A DNA stretch of 64,000 bases from Syntrophorhabdaceae bacterium (GCA_963666485.2 CAXXUO010000002.1:32001-96000), one strand, 5' to 3'. Numbered from the stretch's first letter, positions 39,693-48,974 are shown. Notes: generated from the sequence alone by a model not told the origin. Numbers and translations are program-made.

Positions 39693-40577
39693 CTACGCTT
39701 TGCCTATATCCCCGCCGAGGGATTTCCAGAACAGGGCTTCCATGTCCGAGCCCAGCTGAAATATGCCCTGCTGCTCCATAGATCGAATACGCATGTCGTA
39801 ATTTTCTTCGAGCTCCGACATGATGTTCATTACCTCGGGCGACCCTTTCAGTTTTTCGGTGACGGCCTGCCTTTGCCTGAGGGCCTTGTCGAACTCCTCT
39901 TTATCGACGGGTATGTTGTACAGTGTATTGAGGACTTCCATGAGCCTCACTTTTCCGAGATAATCCTCCTCCATCACGACGTACTGGGGCAGTGAGACAA
40001 TGAAAACAGCCGCGTCTATCCCGGCCTCGGCCGCTTTTTTCGTGATCAGGTTGGCGTATGTGGACGGGCCCTGGTAGGTGATCGGCATAGCCCCCGCCAT
40101 TCGTACGTCCTGCAGGGCTTTCTCACCCATCCCGTAACCGCTCACAAGTAAAGGCCGGGTATGCGGGACGACGTCGTACATGCTTCCCAGGAGTATGTAC
40201 CTCTTCGCTTCGAGCTTCGCAAGGACCTTGAGGACAGAATCGACGTACAGATGGGAGTTCGCATGAGGCTCGAGAAGATCGAGGAGGATAATGTCGTTTT
40301 GCCCTTCACGCCGGGCATAATAGATCATTGTGTTGGGGACCGACATTTCATTGATGCCGTCCTCGATCGTTATGACCGGCCGGTACCGGGTAAAGTCGTA
40401 AAAGCGGTCCGGCCGCGCGAGCCTTCCGAGCTCGAACGCGTTGTACTGCTTCCCGATCTCCCTGATGACCATGCTCCCGACATTGTTCACATCTATCCAG
40501 GGCCTTAAGGTCGCAAATACGAATGGTTCGTTGAGCCTCGGGACCGGTTCTGCCAGTTCAAACGCCCCTATCCTCAC
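39693..40577 (-). CDS. PAC2-family (proteasome assembly chaperone-like) protein
   Basis: PWIDV, FYDFTRYRP, EPH, LLGSMYDVVPHTRP, YQGP, LPQY; GTG start behind GGAGG. Confidence 0.8.
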   Translation of the reverse strand: MRIGAFELAEPVPRLNEPFVFATLRPWIDVNNVGSMVIREIGKQYNAFELGRLARPDRFYDFTRYRPVITIEDGINEMSVPNTMIYYARREGQNDIILLDLLEPHANSHLYVDSVLKVLAKLEAKRYILLGSMYDVVPHTRPLLVSGYGMGEKALQDVRMAGAMPITYQGPSTYANLITKKAAEAGIDAAVFIVSLPQYVVMEEDYLGKVRLMEVLNTLYNIPVDKEEFDKALRQRQAVTEKLKGSPEVMNIMSELEENYDMRIRSMEQQGIFQLGSDMEALFWKSLGGDIGKA

Positions 40578-40640
40578 AAGAGCCTCCAGTGAAATAAGGT
40601 AATGCGGTTTATGATCGTCTGTCAAGACAACAAAAAAAGA

Positions 40641-40805
40641 CGGTTCCAGGTTCCACGTTCCACGTTCCACGAAAAAGAAAAAAGACATTGCTCTGGACTT
40701 TGAAACTCAAGCTTCAAGACCAAAAAACTATTCAAAGCTCAGGGTTCAACGCCTAAAGTCCGAAGAGAGGGTTACGTGGAACCTGGAACGTGGAACGTGG
40801 AACCG
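40641..40805. repeat. heptamer-bracketed module GTTCCAC ... GTGGAAC
   Basis: Near-perfect 31-bp inverted arms built from 7-mers. Confidence 0.9.
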
Positions 40806-40809
40806 TCTT

Positions 40810-42015
40810 TTACGGTGCTACGAGTTTGTCCCCTATCGCTACTATTTCCGACGCGAATGCGCCTCTCGGGTTGCGTGTTATTGCGGGGACGAGGTCTATC
40901 GTGCTGCGTTCAACATCGACATGGCGGCCGATACTGCCGAGGAGCTGCACGTCCCGGGCGAGCCATTTTTTCGAAACGGTCTGTATCTTACCCGCCACCT
41001 CTTCCGGCCTGACGCCCTGCGGGACCCTGTTCACGACCAGCCACGGGTTGAATTCCCAGACCGCCTTCATGATCGCCGCCAGGTGCTCAGGACATTCCTC
41101 CCTGACCGAGGCGACCAGTTCATTGATCGTCTTCGACCCGTTGCCCGACATCGTCGCGTCATGGATATATTTCTCGAGCGCAGCGTCTTTCCGGTCCATT
41201 CCGGAGCGGGCCTCCATGCCCGTAAGCCTGTTGAGCTTCCGGTATATTGCCGCCTTCAGAAAATGGTATGCCCCGATGTATGATGCTGAATCACGGGTCG
41301 TGACGACGATGCCGTGGTCTGCCTGCAAAAAGAAGTCGAGGATATTGTACGACGTGTCGCCACCGAGATCGAGCAGGATGCAATCGGCCTCAATAGCATT
41401 GATCCCCTTGATGAGCTTCACTTTTTTCATGAAATCGATGTTCGCCGATCCCAGTTCCGAACTATCGCCACCGATCAGTATCGGCCCGTGCGGCGTCTCC
41501 ACCATGACATCGTCGAGCGAATCAACCCGTTTCTTCAGGAAGTCGTTGATCGAATTGCGCAGCAACGTCCGGTATCCCAGGTAAAGATGAAGGTTGGACC
41601 CCCCGAGGTCGAGATCGATGAGCACCGTCCTTAAACCGAGGGACGCAAGGTAGATGCCGAGATTGGCCGCGATGACGCTCTTCCCGATACCCCCCTTCGA
41701 GCCGCCGATAGCGATGATCTTTCCCCGGGTAAGAGCCATGTCCGCCGCCGGTCTCAACCCTTCCAGGTAATTGACGAGGAGTTCGTACGACCTCTGTATC
41801 GCGAGAAAGCGGTCCGATGTCACATCTTTGACGACCGCGTCCCTGATCATGTCAGGATGATGGACCCGCGCATTCCTCCTGTATGCCCTTTTCACCATGT
41901 CGACATCGAGGGTATCCAGGAAAGTCTCATTATCCGCAGCCGCCTCCGAGAACAAACATGCGCACGCAGCCTTTAATTCCCGTACCTTATCCGTTTCCAG
42001 CCTGTTTACGATCAT
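40810..42015 (-). CDS. J-domain + MinD/FlhG-type P-loop ATPase fusion
   Basis: VKRAYRRNARVHHPD..FLAIQRSYELL, then SKGGIGKS, LIDLDLGGSNLH, LLDLG. Confidence 0.85.
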   Translation of the reverse strand: MIVNRLETDKVRELKAACACLFSEAAADNETFLDTLDVDMVKRAYRRNARVHHPDMIRDAVVKDVTSDRFLAIQRSYELLVNYLEGLRPAADMALTRGKIIAIGGSKGGIGKSVIAANLGIYLASLGLRTVLIDLDLGGSNLHLYLGYRTLLRNSINDFLKKRVDSLDDVMVETPHGPILIGGDSSELGSANIDFMKKVKLIKGINAIEADCILLDLGGDTSYNILDFFLQADHGIVVTTRDSASYIGAYHFLKAAIYRKLNRLTGMEARSGMDRKDAALEKYIHDATMSGNGSKTINELVASVREECPEHLAAIMKAVWEFNPWLVVNRVPQGVRPEEVAGKIQTVSKKWLARDVQLLGSIGRHVDVERSTIDLVPAITRNPRGAFASEIVAIGDKLVAP

Positions 42016-42080
42016 CCCTGCCCAACCTTGACGTTATATGAATATTGTCGTCAAATTTTGCAATAACTATACCAAGAAGA

Positions 42081-42476
42081 ATGGGCGATGGGCGATGGGG
42101 AATACCCTAATTGGTCTGTGTAAACGTTCCGACCATGCAGGACAATCCCTTCCGCATAATCCCTAACCTCTCCCGTCTTCCCGGCCGTAAGAGCCGGGAC
42201 CCAGGGTTTTTCTTTTTGGTTTTTCAAACATATAAAAACTAAGAAAAAATAGAATCTTGGGTTCCGGGTCACGCCCGGAACGACGACTGAAACAGGTTAA
42301 AGACGGCCCGATGCCCAAAAGATGAATGTGGCGCCTGGCCGCCTTACCTTATATCCTCTATGTGTCCGGTGTGATGAGAACCTTTACAGTCTTGAATTGC
42401 ACCTACAAGATTGTAACCAATACAACGGGCAGCTTTTTGTCTTTCCCATCGCCCATCGCCTATTGCCCCTAGCCCG
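42081..42476. repeat. heptamer-bracketed module ATGGGCG ... CGCCCAT enclosing a REP doublet
   Basis: Arms at 42081-42100 and 42444-42476; REP-like doublet 42173-42285. Confidence 0.75.
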
Positions 42477-42479
42477 ATT

Positions 42480-43124
42480 TTATTTGAACCAGCGTGGTTC
42501 GTCGAACCTCTCCGTGCTGCGCATGATGCGCGTGGTGTGATTGTCGGCGAACTCGTTGCGCAATTTCTGGGTGATGCGGCGGTAATCCTCGTTCATGAGA
42601 AGGCGCCCGATGTCCATGGCGTCCTTGAAGGTGAACTCGGCAATTATCTCCCTGAACCCCCCGATAGAAACGTTCCAGCCGCCGGTCACTTCGACATAGC
42701 CTATTTTCTGCATGGTCGGGATATGCTCGTTCATGACGAAATCGGCATACTCTTTTTTCACGCCCGGCCTCAGGTCATAATACTGGTTGAGCTTCCAGAC
42801 CCCCTTCTGGATGGTGTATTTCCCCCGCTTCAGGTTCCCCGTCGGCTCGAGGACGGCGCCCCGGTAATTCACGATTATTGTCTTTAATTCCTGCAGAAGG
42901 TCCTTGAACTTCCTGCCGGTAATTATCTTCAACACCTCTTCGGTCTCGTTGACGCTGTAGACGCTTATAATGCGCGGCCCGATACCGACCTCGACATAGT
43001 AGCCGCCAACCGGCACAAGCCCCATATCGGCCATTTCAGGCAGATACGTCTCTATAATGAACTGGGAATAATCATACTCCTTCCCCCGGCTTATATCCCA
43101 GCTCTGTGTAAAAAGCACCGACAT
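42480..43124 (-). CDS. tandem NIPSNAP-like protein, copy 2
   Basis: Collinear with 30463-31110 (PVGGYYVE, VLEP, VWK.NQYYDL, EFTF, EP.WF); start ATG 43124 behind GGGAGGT. Confidence 0.65.
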   Translation of the reverse strand: MSVLFTQSWDISRGKEYDYSQFIIETYLPEMADMGLVPVGGYYVEVGIGPRIISVYSVNETEEVLKIITGRKFKDLLQELKTIIVNYRGAVLEPTGNLKRGKYTIQKGVWKLNQYYDLRPGVKKEYADFVMNEHIPTMQKIGYVEVTGGWNVSIGGFREIIAEFTFKDAMDIGRLLMNEDYRRITQKLRNEFADNHTTRIMRSTERFDEPRWFK

Positions 43125-43196
43125 GGCTACCTCCCGTTTCTTTGCCTGAACATCATCGAAATATTCTACATCAAGAACCACAAAAATGAACAGCGC

Positions 43197-43519
43197 TTCC
43201 ACGTTCCACGCAAAGAAAGCAAAAACCAAAAAGCCGAAAGACGCTGGATCCCGGCAAGCCGGGATGACGGGTAGAGGCGGGTGTAAAGAAATCGGTTCAA
43301 AGTTCAAGGTTCAAAGTTCAAGAAAAAAAACAAAGAAAGAAGAAAAGACCGTTACATGTTCCCACCACAACCCCGCCGTCATCCCGGCTTGCCGGGATCC
43401 AGCGTCTTTTCTTTTTTTCATTTGTTCTTTCGTGGAACGTGGAACGTGGAACCTGGAACCGTCTTTTTCTTTTATTTTTTGTTTTTTTTCCTTGAACCTT
43501 GAACCTTGAACCTTGAACC
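43197..43519. repeat. nested heptamer/REP module
   Basis: TTCCACG, REP 43238-43270, GGTTCAA array, REP 43376-43408, GTGGAAC array, TTGAACC array. Confidence 0.88.
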
Positions 43520-43559
43520 ATTTTTTTAACTGTTTACTGTCTTTTTTGTCTGGTCTACA

Positions 43560-43778
43560 ATGACGGTGATGGAAAGTGTCAAAATAACGCTTAACGGGAT
43601 GCAGGAAAAGGTCCCGCCGGGAACGACCGTCGCCGACCTGATAGAACAGGCCGGGGAAAATGACAAGAACCTGATCGTGGAACGGAACAACCGTTTCGTT
43701 CATCCCCATACGTACCCGTCGACCATTGTCGGTGAAGGCGACAGGATCGAATTGATAAACCCTGACTTTGGAGGTTGA
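43560..43778 (+). CDS. thiS: ThiS/MoaD-family sulfur carrier
   Basis: ITLNG..GTTVADL..VERN..EGDRIELI..FGG C-terminal diglycine; start may be 43569. Confidence 0.8.
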   Translation: MTVMESVKITLNGMQEKVPPGTTVADLIEQAGENDKNLIVERNNRFVHPHTYPSTIVGEGDRIELINPDFGG

Positions 43779-44091
43779 GATACAGTCCGTTCTCTTTGTC
43801 GCCGGTATTGTCTTTTTCGCCCTTTCATGCCTCGTCGCGGCGGCGAACATCGCTATCGGCATAACCCGCTATATCCGCAAACGCAAAGGCATGCCACAGA
43901 AACGGCAATCACTGATCTTCGTCCTGTCTATCGTCTTTTCCATCATGGCATACAGTACCGCCCGGAATTCCATCGGGCCCTGGGTATTCATACCGGCCAT
44001 TGTTGATCCTGCGACCATATTCCTCGCTGCCGCGCCCTTCCTGCTGCACAAAGTGCGCAAACAGGCCCAAAACGAACGGAAAGGGACATGA
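43768..44091 (+). CDS. small membrane protein
   Basis: Three hydrophobic segments; overlaps neighbouring genes at both ends. Confidence 0.55.
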   Translation: MEVEIQSVLFVAGIVFFALSCLVAAANIAIGITRYIRKRKGMPQKRQSLIFVLSIVFSIMAYSTARNSIGPWVFIPAIVDPATIFLAAAPFLLHKVRKQAQNERKGT

Positions 44092-44717
44092 TCGCGGTCA
44101 TCGCAGCGGCGGCCGTCCTCGGGCTGTCGGCGGGCTTCTCTCCCGGACCGCTTCTCGCCCTGGTGATCGCCCAGACGTTGCGGTACGGCACGGGTGAAGG
44201 TATTAAAGTCTCTATCGCCCCGCTTATCACAGACGCGCCGATCATCGCCCTGTCTGTTTTCATCGTCTCGCGTTTTTCGGGGATGAACGCGGTCCTTGGG
44301 GCGATATCGCTTGCAGGGGGGCTCTTTGTCCTTTACCTTGGATGGGAGACACTCCGCGCACAGCACCCTTCAACAGGCACCGCCAACGACAGGGCCGGAT
44401 CGATCGGCAGGGGCGTCGCCGTGAACGCGTTGAGCCCCCACCCTTATATTTTCTGGATCACCGTCGGGTCCCCCGTCATAATAAGGTCGTACCGGGAAAG
44501 CCCGGCATTGGCCATCATTTTTGTCGTTTCATTTCTCGTGTGCCTCATCGGGTCAAAGATCGTGATCGCTGTACTCGTGGGCAGGACGAAAAAGATACTG
44601 GCGGGAAAAGTGTACCGGTTCATCATGGGGGCTCTCGGCGTCGCTCTTTTTATCTTTGCCCTTTCCCTGCTCAGGGACGGCCTCGTGCTTATCGGGTTGA
44701 TAACCAAATTTCCTTGA
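44088..44717 (+). CDS. LysE/RhtB-family exporter
   Basis: FSPGP, GGLFVLYLG, VNALSPHPYIFW. Confidence 0.88.
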   Translation: MIAVIAAAAVLGLSAGFSPGPLLALVIAQTLRYGTGEGIKVSIAPLITDAPIIALSVFIVSRFSGMNAVLGAISLAGGLFVLYLGWETLRAQHPSTGTANDRAGSIGRGVAVNALSPHPYIFWITVGSPVIIRSYRESPALAIIFVVSFLVCLIGSKIVIAVLVGRTKKILAGKVYRFIMGALGVALFIFALSLLRDGLVLIGLITKFP

Positions 44718-44782
44718 AAGCGCACGACTGACCCGATAGAATAATGCCAAACAATACAACGCCAAAAAAGGAGCGGCCCGCC

Positions 44783-45562
44783 ATGCCCGATTACAGCAAG
44801 ATCGATACACCGGACGTCCTGTCGTACGTATTTTATCCCCGGAATGAATCGGGCCCGTGCCCGAAATATGCCTTCGATCATTTCATCCCGGTCGACGATG
44901 CGGTGGCCGTCCATTGCCGCTTTTACAAAGAGAATGACGCATGGCCCTGGGTCCTCTTTTTTCACGGCAACGGTGAGGTCGTCGGTGATTATGACGAGCT
45001 TTCCCTGTTCTATTTCAAGTACAAACTGAATATAGCGGTCGCGGATTATCGGGGCTACGGCAAGAGCAACGGCACGCCCACGGTCGCAAACATGTCCCGC
45101 GACGCGCACAAGGTCTTCGAATCTGCCAGGTCCGCCCTCAGGGAAAAGGGTCTGAACGAAAATATCTGGGTGATGGGGCGCTCGCTCGGCAGCGTGTCCG
45201 CCTTCGAGATAGCCCACGGTCACGGCAGCGACGTGAGGGGCCTCATCATAGAGAGCGGTTTCCCCAGCATATCGAGCCTTATCATCCGCCACAGCATAGC
45301 GTCGCCTGACATGTCCCTCGATGCGATCACCGGGGAGTGCCTTACGATGCTCAGGGCGATCACCGTGCCGGTCCTCGTCATCCACGGCGAATACGACACG
45401 CTCGTTCCCCCCGACGAGGCGGAGACGATCATGGAAAATATAGGATCTCCAAGAAAGGACCTTCTTATGATACCGGGCGCGACCCACAACGATATTATGT
45501 TCGTGGGGCTCCGGCAATACATGGAGGCGATCAGGCGTCTCGTTGACGAAACGGCCGCCTGA
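44783..45562 (+). CDS. alpha/beta hydrolase
   Basis: FFHGNGE, DYRGYGKS, GRSLG, IHGEYD, ATHND. Confidence 0.9.
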   Translation: MPDYSKIDTPDVLSYVFYPRNESGPCPKYAFDHFIPVDDAVAVHCRFYKENDAWPWVLFFHGNGEVVGDYDELSLFYFKYKLNIAVADYRGYGKSNGTPTVANMSRDAHKVFESARSALREKGLNENIWVMGRSLGSVSAFEIAHGHGSDVRGLIIESGFPSISSLIIRHSIASPDMSLDAITGECLTMLRAITVPVLVIHGEYDTLVPPDEAETIMENIGSPRKDLLMIPGATHNDIMFVGLRQYMEAIRRLVDETAA

Positions 45563-45602
45563 CACCCGGCGAAAACAGCGTTCCTTAAGAAGACTTGCTT
45601 CC

Positions 45603-45782
45603 TTACCCGATCGCTTTGACCTTGCCGATCAGTTCGGTCAACTTCTTTTCCCTTTCTTTCAGGGCCTCGCGGAATTCTCTCCTGTCGGTGCGCTTGACCT
45701 CAACTTCAAGGTGGGAATGATATCTTTCGAGCACATTGAGCAGTAATTTTGCCTCTTCATCGTTCATATCGAGGGTAGCCAT
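45603..45782 (-). CDS. 59-aa helical small protein (not in ORF track)
   Basis: MATLDMNDEEAKLLLNVLERYHSHLEVEVKRTDRREFREALKEREKKLTELIGKVKAIG; AAGGAGG SD. Confidence 0.75.
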   Translation of the reverse strand: MATLDMNDEEAKLLLNVLERYHSHLEVEVKRTDRREFREALKEREKKLTELIGKVKAIG

Positions 45783-46001
45783 ATCTTCCTCCTTTACAGG
45801 CCCCGGATCACATCTCCGGCCCCTTCGCCTGTATATTCATGATAGGCATTCTGTCGCCGCGGTGCAACCCGGTGACGCATCAATGAACAAGCCTTCCGGG
45901 AAGGTCCCTTTACTACTTATTTAGCACAAGTCTGGAATAATTCAAGGAACAACCGGCGAGAAACCCCCGAGAGAGTTTCGCAACACCCGCCCCATCTTTT
46001 T

Positions 46002-46032
46002 CGTGGAACCTAGAACCTGGAACGTGGAACCG
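46002..46032 (+). repeat. orphan GTGGAAC heptamer array at the aspA stop
   Basis: cgtggaacctagaacctggaacgtggaaccg. Confidence 0.8.
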
Positions 46033-46035
46033 TCT

Positions 46036-47448
46036 TTACCGTTCCCCCGTCCACCCCGGCTTGACCATATTTTCCGGCGACAGGATGGTATCTATCTCTT
46101 CTTTTTTCATGTATCCCTTTTCGAGGACAATATCATAGACCGAGCGTTTGCTCACGAGCGCCTCGTGCGCTATCTCGGTACACCTTTCGTAGCCGAGAAA
46201 AGGATTGAGCGCGGTAACGAGGCCGATGCTCTGCTCGACATATTCCCTGCACCTCTCACGGTTCGCCTCTATCCCCCGTATGCAGCGATCTGCAAGCGTC
46301 CGGCAGGCGCGGCGCAGGGCGACGAGGGAATTGAAAAGGCCAAAGGCGATGACGGGCTCCATGACGTTGAGCTCCAGTTGGCCGGCCTCGGCAGCGAAAC
46401 TCACCGTGACGTCATTTCCGATGACCAGGTATGCGACCTGGTTTACGACCTCGGGAATGATCGGGTTGACCTTGCCCGGCATAATGGTGGAGCCGGGTGC
46501 CATGGCGGGCAGGCTTATCTCGTTGAGCCCGCATCGCGGACCTGATGCGAGGAGCCTCAGGTCGTTGCATATCTTCGACATCTTCACCGCGACCCGTTTC
46601 AGGACCCCGGATAGCTGCACGTAAACGCCTGAATCCTGTGTTGCCTCGACGAGATTGGGTGACGTGAGGACATCTATGCCTGTCACATCCTTAAGCTTCA
46701 GGGCAACGAGCGGGGCATAATCCGGATGGGCATTGATCCCTGTGCCGATGGCGGTCGCCCCGAGGTTGATCTCGCGGACCAATTCCTGCGCCTCCCGCAC
46801 GCGCTCGATATCCTCGCCGAGCATGACGGCATATGCGGAAAATTCCTGTCCCAGCGTCATGGGGACCGCGTCCTGGAGTTGGGTTCTGCCCATCTTGATC
46901 ACGTCGTAGAATTCGACCGATTTTTTCTCGAACGCCGCCCGCAGGTATTCCATCGCGTCGATAAGCTGCCTGATCTTGAAGATCAGCGTCAGCCTGATGG
47001 CCGTCGGGTAGACATCGTTTGTCGACTGGCACAGATTGACATGATTGTTGGGGTGTACGATAGAATATTGCCCTTTTTCATGGCCGAGCTTTTCAAGGGC
47101 GACATTCGCAATGACCTCGTTGGCGTTCATGTTCGTCGATGTGCCCGCACCGCCCTGGATCATGTCGACGACGAACTGGTCACGGAACTTCCCCGCAAGT
47201 ATATCGTCACAGGCATCGCGTATGGCATCGGCCAGGCCGGCAGGCAGAAGCCCCAGTTCCTTGTTCGCCATAGCCGCAGCTTTCTTGACATATGCCAGGG
47301 ACCTTATGAAAACAGGATACGTTGAAAGGGGGATCCCGCTGATGTGAAAGTTCTCCGTCGCCCGCAGGGTCTGCACCCCGTAGTATGCATCCGCGGGGAC
47401 GTCCCTTTCGCCAAGGAGATCATGTTCCTTCCTGAATGCGTCACTCAT
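46036..47448 (-). CDS. aspA: aspartate ammonia-lyase
   Basis: YYGVQTLRA, QGGAGTSTNMNANE, KMGRTQLQDAVP, PGSTIMPGKVNP. Confidence 0.95.
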   Translation of the reverse strand: MSDAFRKEHDLLGERDVPADAYYGVQTLRATENFHISGIPLSTYPVFIRSLAYVKKAAAMANKELGLLPAGLADAIRDACDDILAGKFRDQFVVDMIQGGAGTSTNMNANEVIANVALEKLGHEKGQYSIVHPNNHVNLCQSTNDVYPTAIRLTLIFKIRQLIDAMEYLRAAFEKKSVEFYDVIKMGRTQLQDAVPMTLGQEFSAYAVMLGEDIERVREAQELVREINLGATAIGTGINAHPDYAPLVALKLKDVTGIDVLTSPNLVEATQDSGVYVQLSGVLKRVAVKMSKICNDLRLLASGPRCGLNEISLPAMAPGSTIMPGKVNPIIPEVVNQVAYLVIGNDVTVSFAAEAGQLELNVMEPVIAFGLFNSLVALRRACRTLADRCIRGIEANRERCREYVEQSIGLVTALNPFLGYERCTEIAHEALVSKRSVYDIVLEKGYMKKEEIDTILSPENMVKPGWTGER

Positions 47449-48716
47449 GCCGAGGCCTCCCGTATGTTATTGTCGTCCTCAAACGTATCTTCAATTGAAC
47501 CGGGTTCATCCTTCTTTCCGAACACGCCCTCCCATCGCGCCACGACAACCGTTGCAAGGCAATTCCCGGTGACGTTGACAGCCGTGCGTCCCATGTCCAT
47601 GATCGTATCGACGCCCAGTATGATAGCGACGGCCTGCACGGGAAGGCCGAATGATGCCAGGGTCCCTGCAAGAACGACGAGTGACGCCCGGGGCACCCCT
47701 GCGGCCCCTTTGCTCGCGAAGATGAGAGTGAAACCCATCATGAGCTGCTGCGTGAGGCTGAGCTCGATGCCGGCGGCCTGCGCGGCGAACACGGAGGCGA
47801 GCGAAAGATATATCGTCGTGCCGTCAAGATTGAAGCTGTAGCCCGTCGGGATAACGAACGACACCACGCGGCGCGGGACGCCGAGCGCCTCCATGTTCTC
47901 CATGGCCTTGGGCAGCGCCGCCTCCGAGCTCGATGTCGAAAAAGCGATCATTGCCGGCTCCTTGACCGCCGCCAGGAACGCCTTGAGCGGCACCCTGCAG
48001 ATCAGTGCCACGGGAAGCAGTATCGCCAGGAGAAAGACAATGATCGCCCCGTAAAATGTCAGGATGAGAACGCATAGTTTGAGAAGGACATTCATCCCCT
48101 TGCTGGCAACGATGACCGCAATGGCCGCCCCGACGCCGATCGGCGCCATCTTCATGACAATATTCGTGTACTTGAACATTGTCTCGGCAAGCGCCTCGCA
48201 GAACTCGATGATCGGTTTCTTCTTCTCTTTTATGAGGCTCAAGGCTATCGCGAATATGATGGTGAACACCACCACTTCAAGTACATCGCCCCGCACGGCG
48301 GAATCGAAGAAATTATCGGGAAATATATTGATAACAATTTCTTTTATCGTCATATGCTTCGGCTGACCGAGTCCCGCAACCGGGCCTGCGCCGCCAAGAT
48401 CGATCCCGCGCCCGGGCTTCGTTATATTGACGGCAATGAGACCGAGAAAAAGGGCCAGCGTCGTGACGATCTCAAAGTACACGATAGACTTGACCCCCAT
48501 CCTCCCCACTGCCTTCAGGTCGGAATGACTTGCGATACCGACAACCAGGGTCGCAAAAATAATAGGGACAACAATGGTTTTTACGAGGCGTATAAAGATG
48601 GTGCTCAGCGGGTCGAGCATGACCCCGAGCCCGGGAAATGCAAAGCCTACGATCAATCCTGCGATCATCCCGATAAATATGAGGTGAGTCTGCGAAAGCC
48701 TTCTGCCGTTCGCCAA
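47445..48716 (-). CDS. dicarboxylate/amino acid:cation symporter (GltP/DctA family)
   Basis: FSTSSSEAALP, PTGYSFNLDG, SKGAAGVP, DMGRTAVNVTGN. Confidence 0.95.
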   Translation of the reverse strand: MANGRRLSQTHLIFIGMIAGLIVGFAFPGLGVMLDPLSTIFIRLVKTIVVPIIFATLVVGIASHSDLKAVGRMGVKSIVYFEIVTTLALFLGLIAVNITKPGRGIDLGGAGPVAGLGQPKHMTIKEIVINIFPDNFFDSAVRGDVLEVVVFTIIFAIALSLIKEKKKPIIEFCEALAETMFKYTNIVMKMAPIGVGAAIAVIVASKGMNVLLKLCVLILTFYGAIIVFLLAILLPVALICRVPLKAFLAAVKEPAMIAFSTSSSEAALPKAMENMEALGVPRRVVSFVIPTGYSFNLDGTTIYLSLASVFAAQAAGIELSLTQQLMMGFTLIFASKGAAGVPRASLVVLAGTLASFGLPVQAVAIILGVDTIMDMGRTAVNVTGNCLATVVVARWEGVFGKKDEPGSIEDTFEDDNNIREASA

Positions 48717-48859
48717 GCCGGTGCCTCCTGTCGCGGAGAGTGACTGCGTGTGTGGTGTATCACAAAGAATTAATCTTGTTTACAGGAAAAAAGCAATGAA
48801 AATAGCCGCCCATAACCTCGGAAAGACGGGTGCCCACGCAGGACCGGGACAAAACTGTA

Positions 48860-48888
48860 TTGAATTGAAAGGCCAAAACCGCTATAAT
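48860..48888 (+). promoter_or_regulatory. sigma-70 promoter of tRNA-Arg
   Basis: TTGAAT-17 bp-TATAAT, 9 bp before the tRNA. Confidence 0.75.
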
Positions 48889-48897
48889 ACACACCGT

Positions 48898-48974
48898 GCG
48901 CCCGTAGCTCAATTGGATAGAGTGTTGGACTACGAATCCAAAGGTTAGAGGTTCGATCCCTCTCGGGCGCGCCA
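48898..48974 (+). tRNA. tRNA-Arg(ACG)
   Basis: GCGCCCG/CGGGCGC acceptor stem, TTGGA-CTACGAA-TCCAA anticodon arm, GGTTCGATCC T-loop, encoded CCA. Confidence 0.97.
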
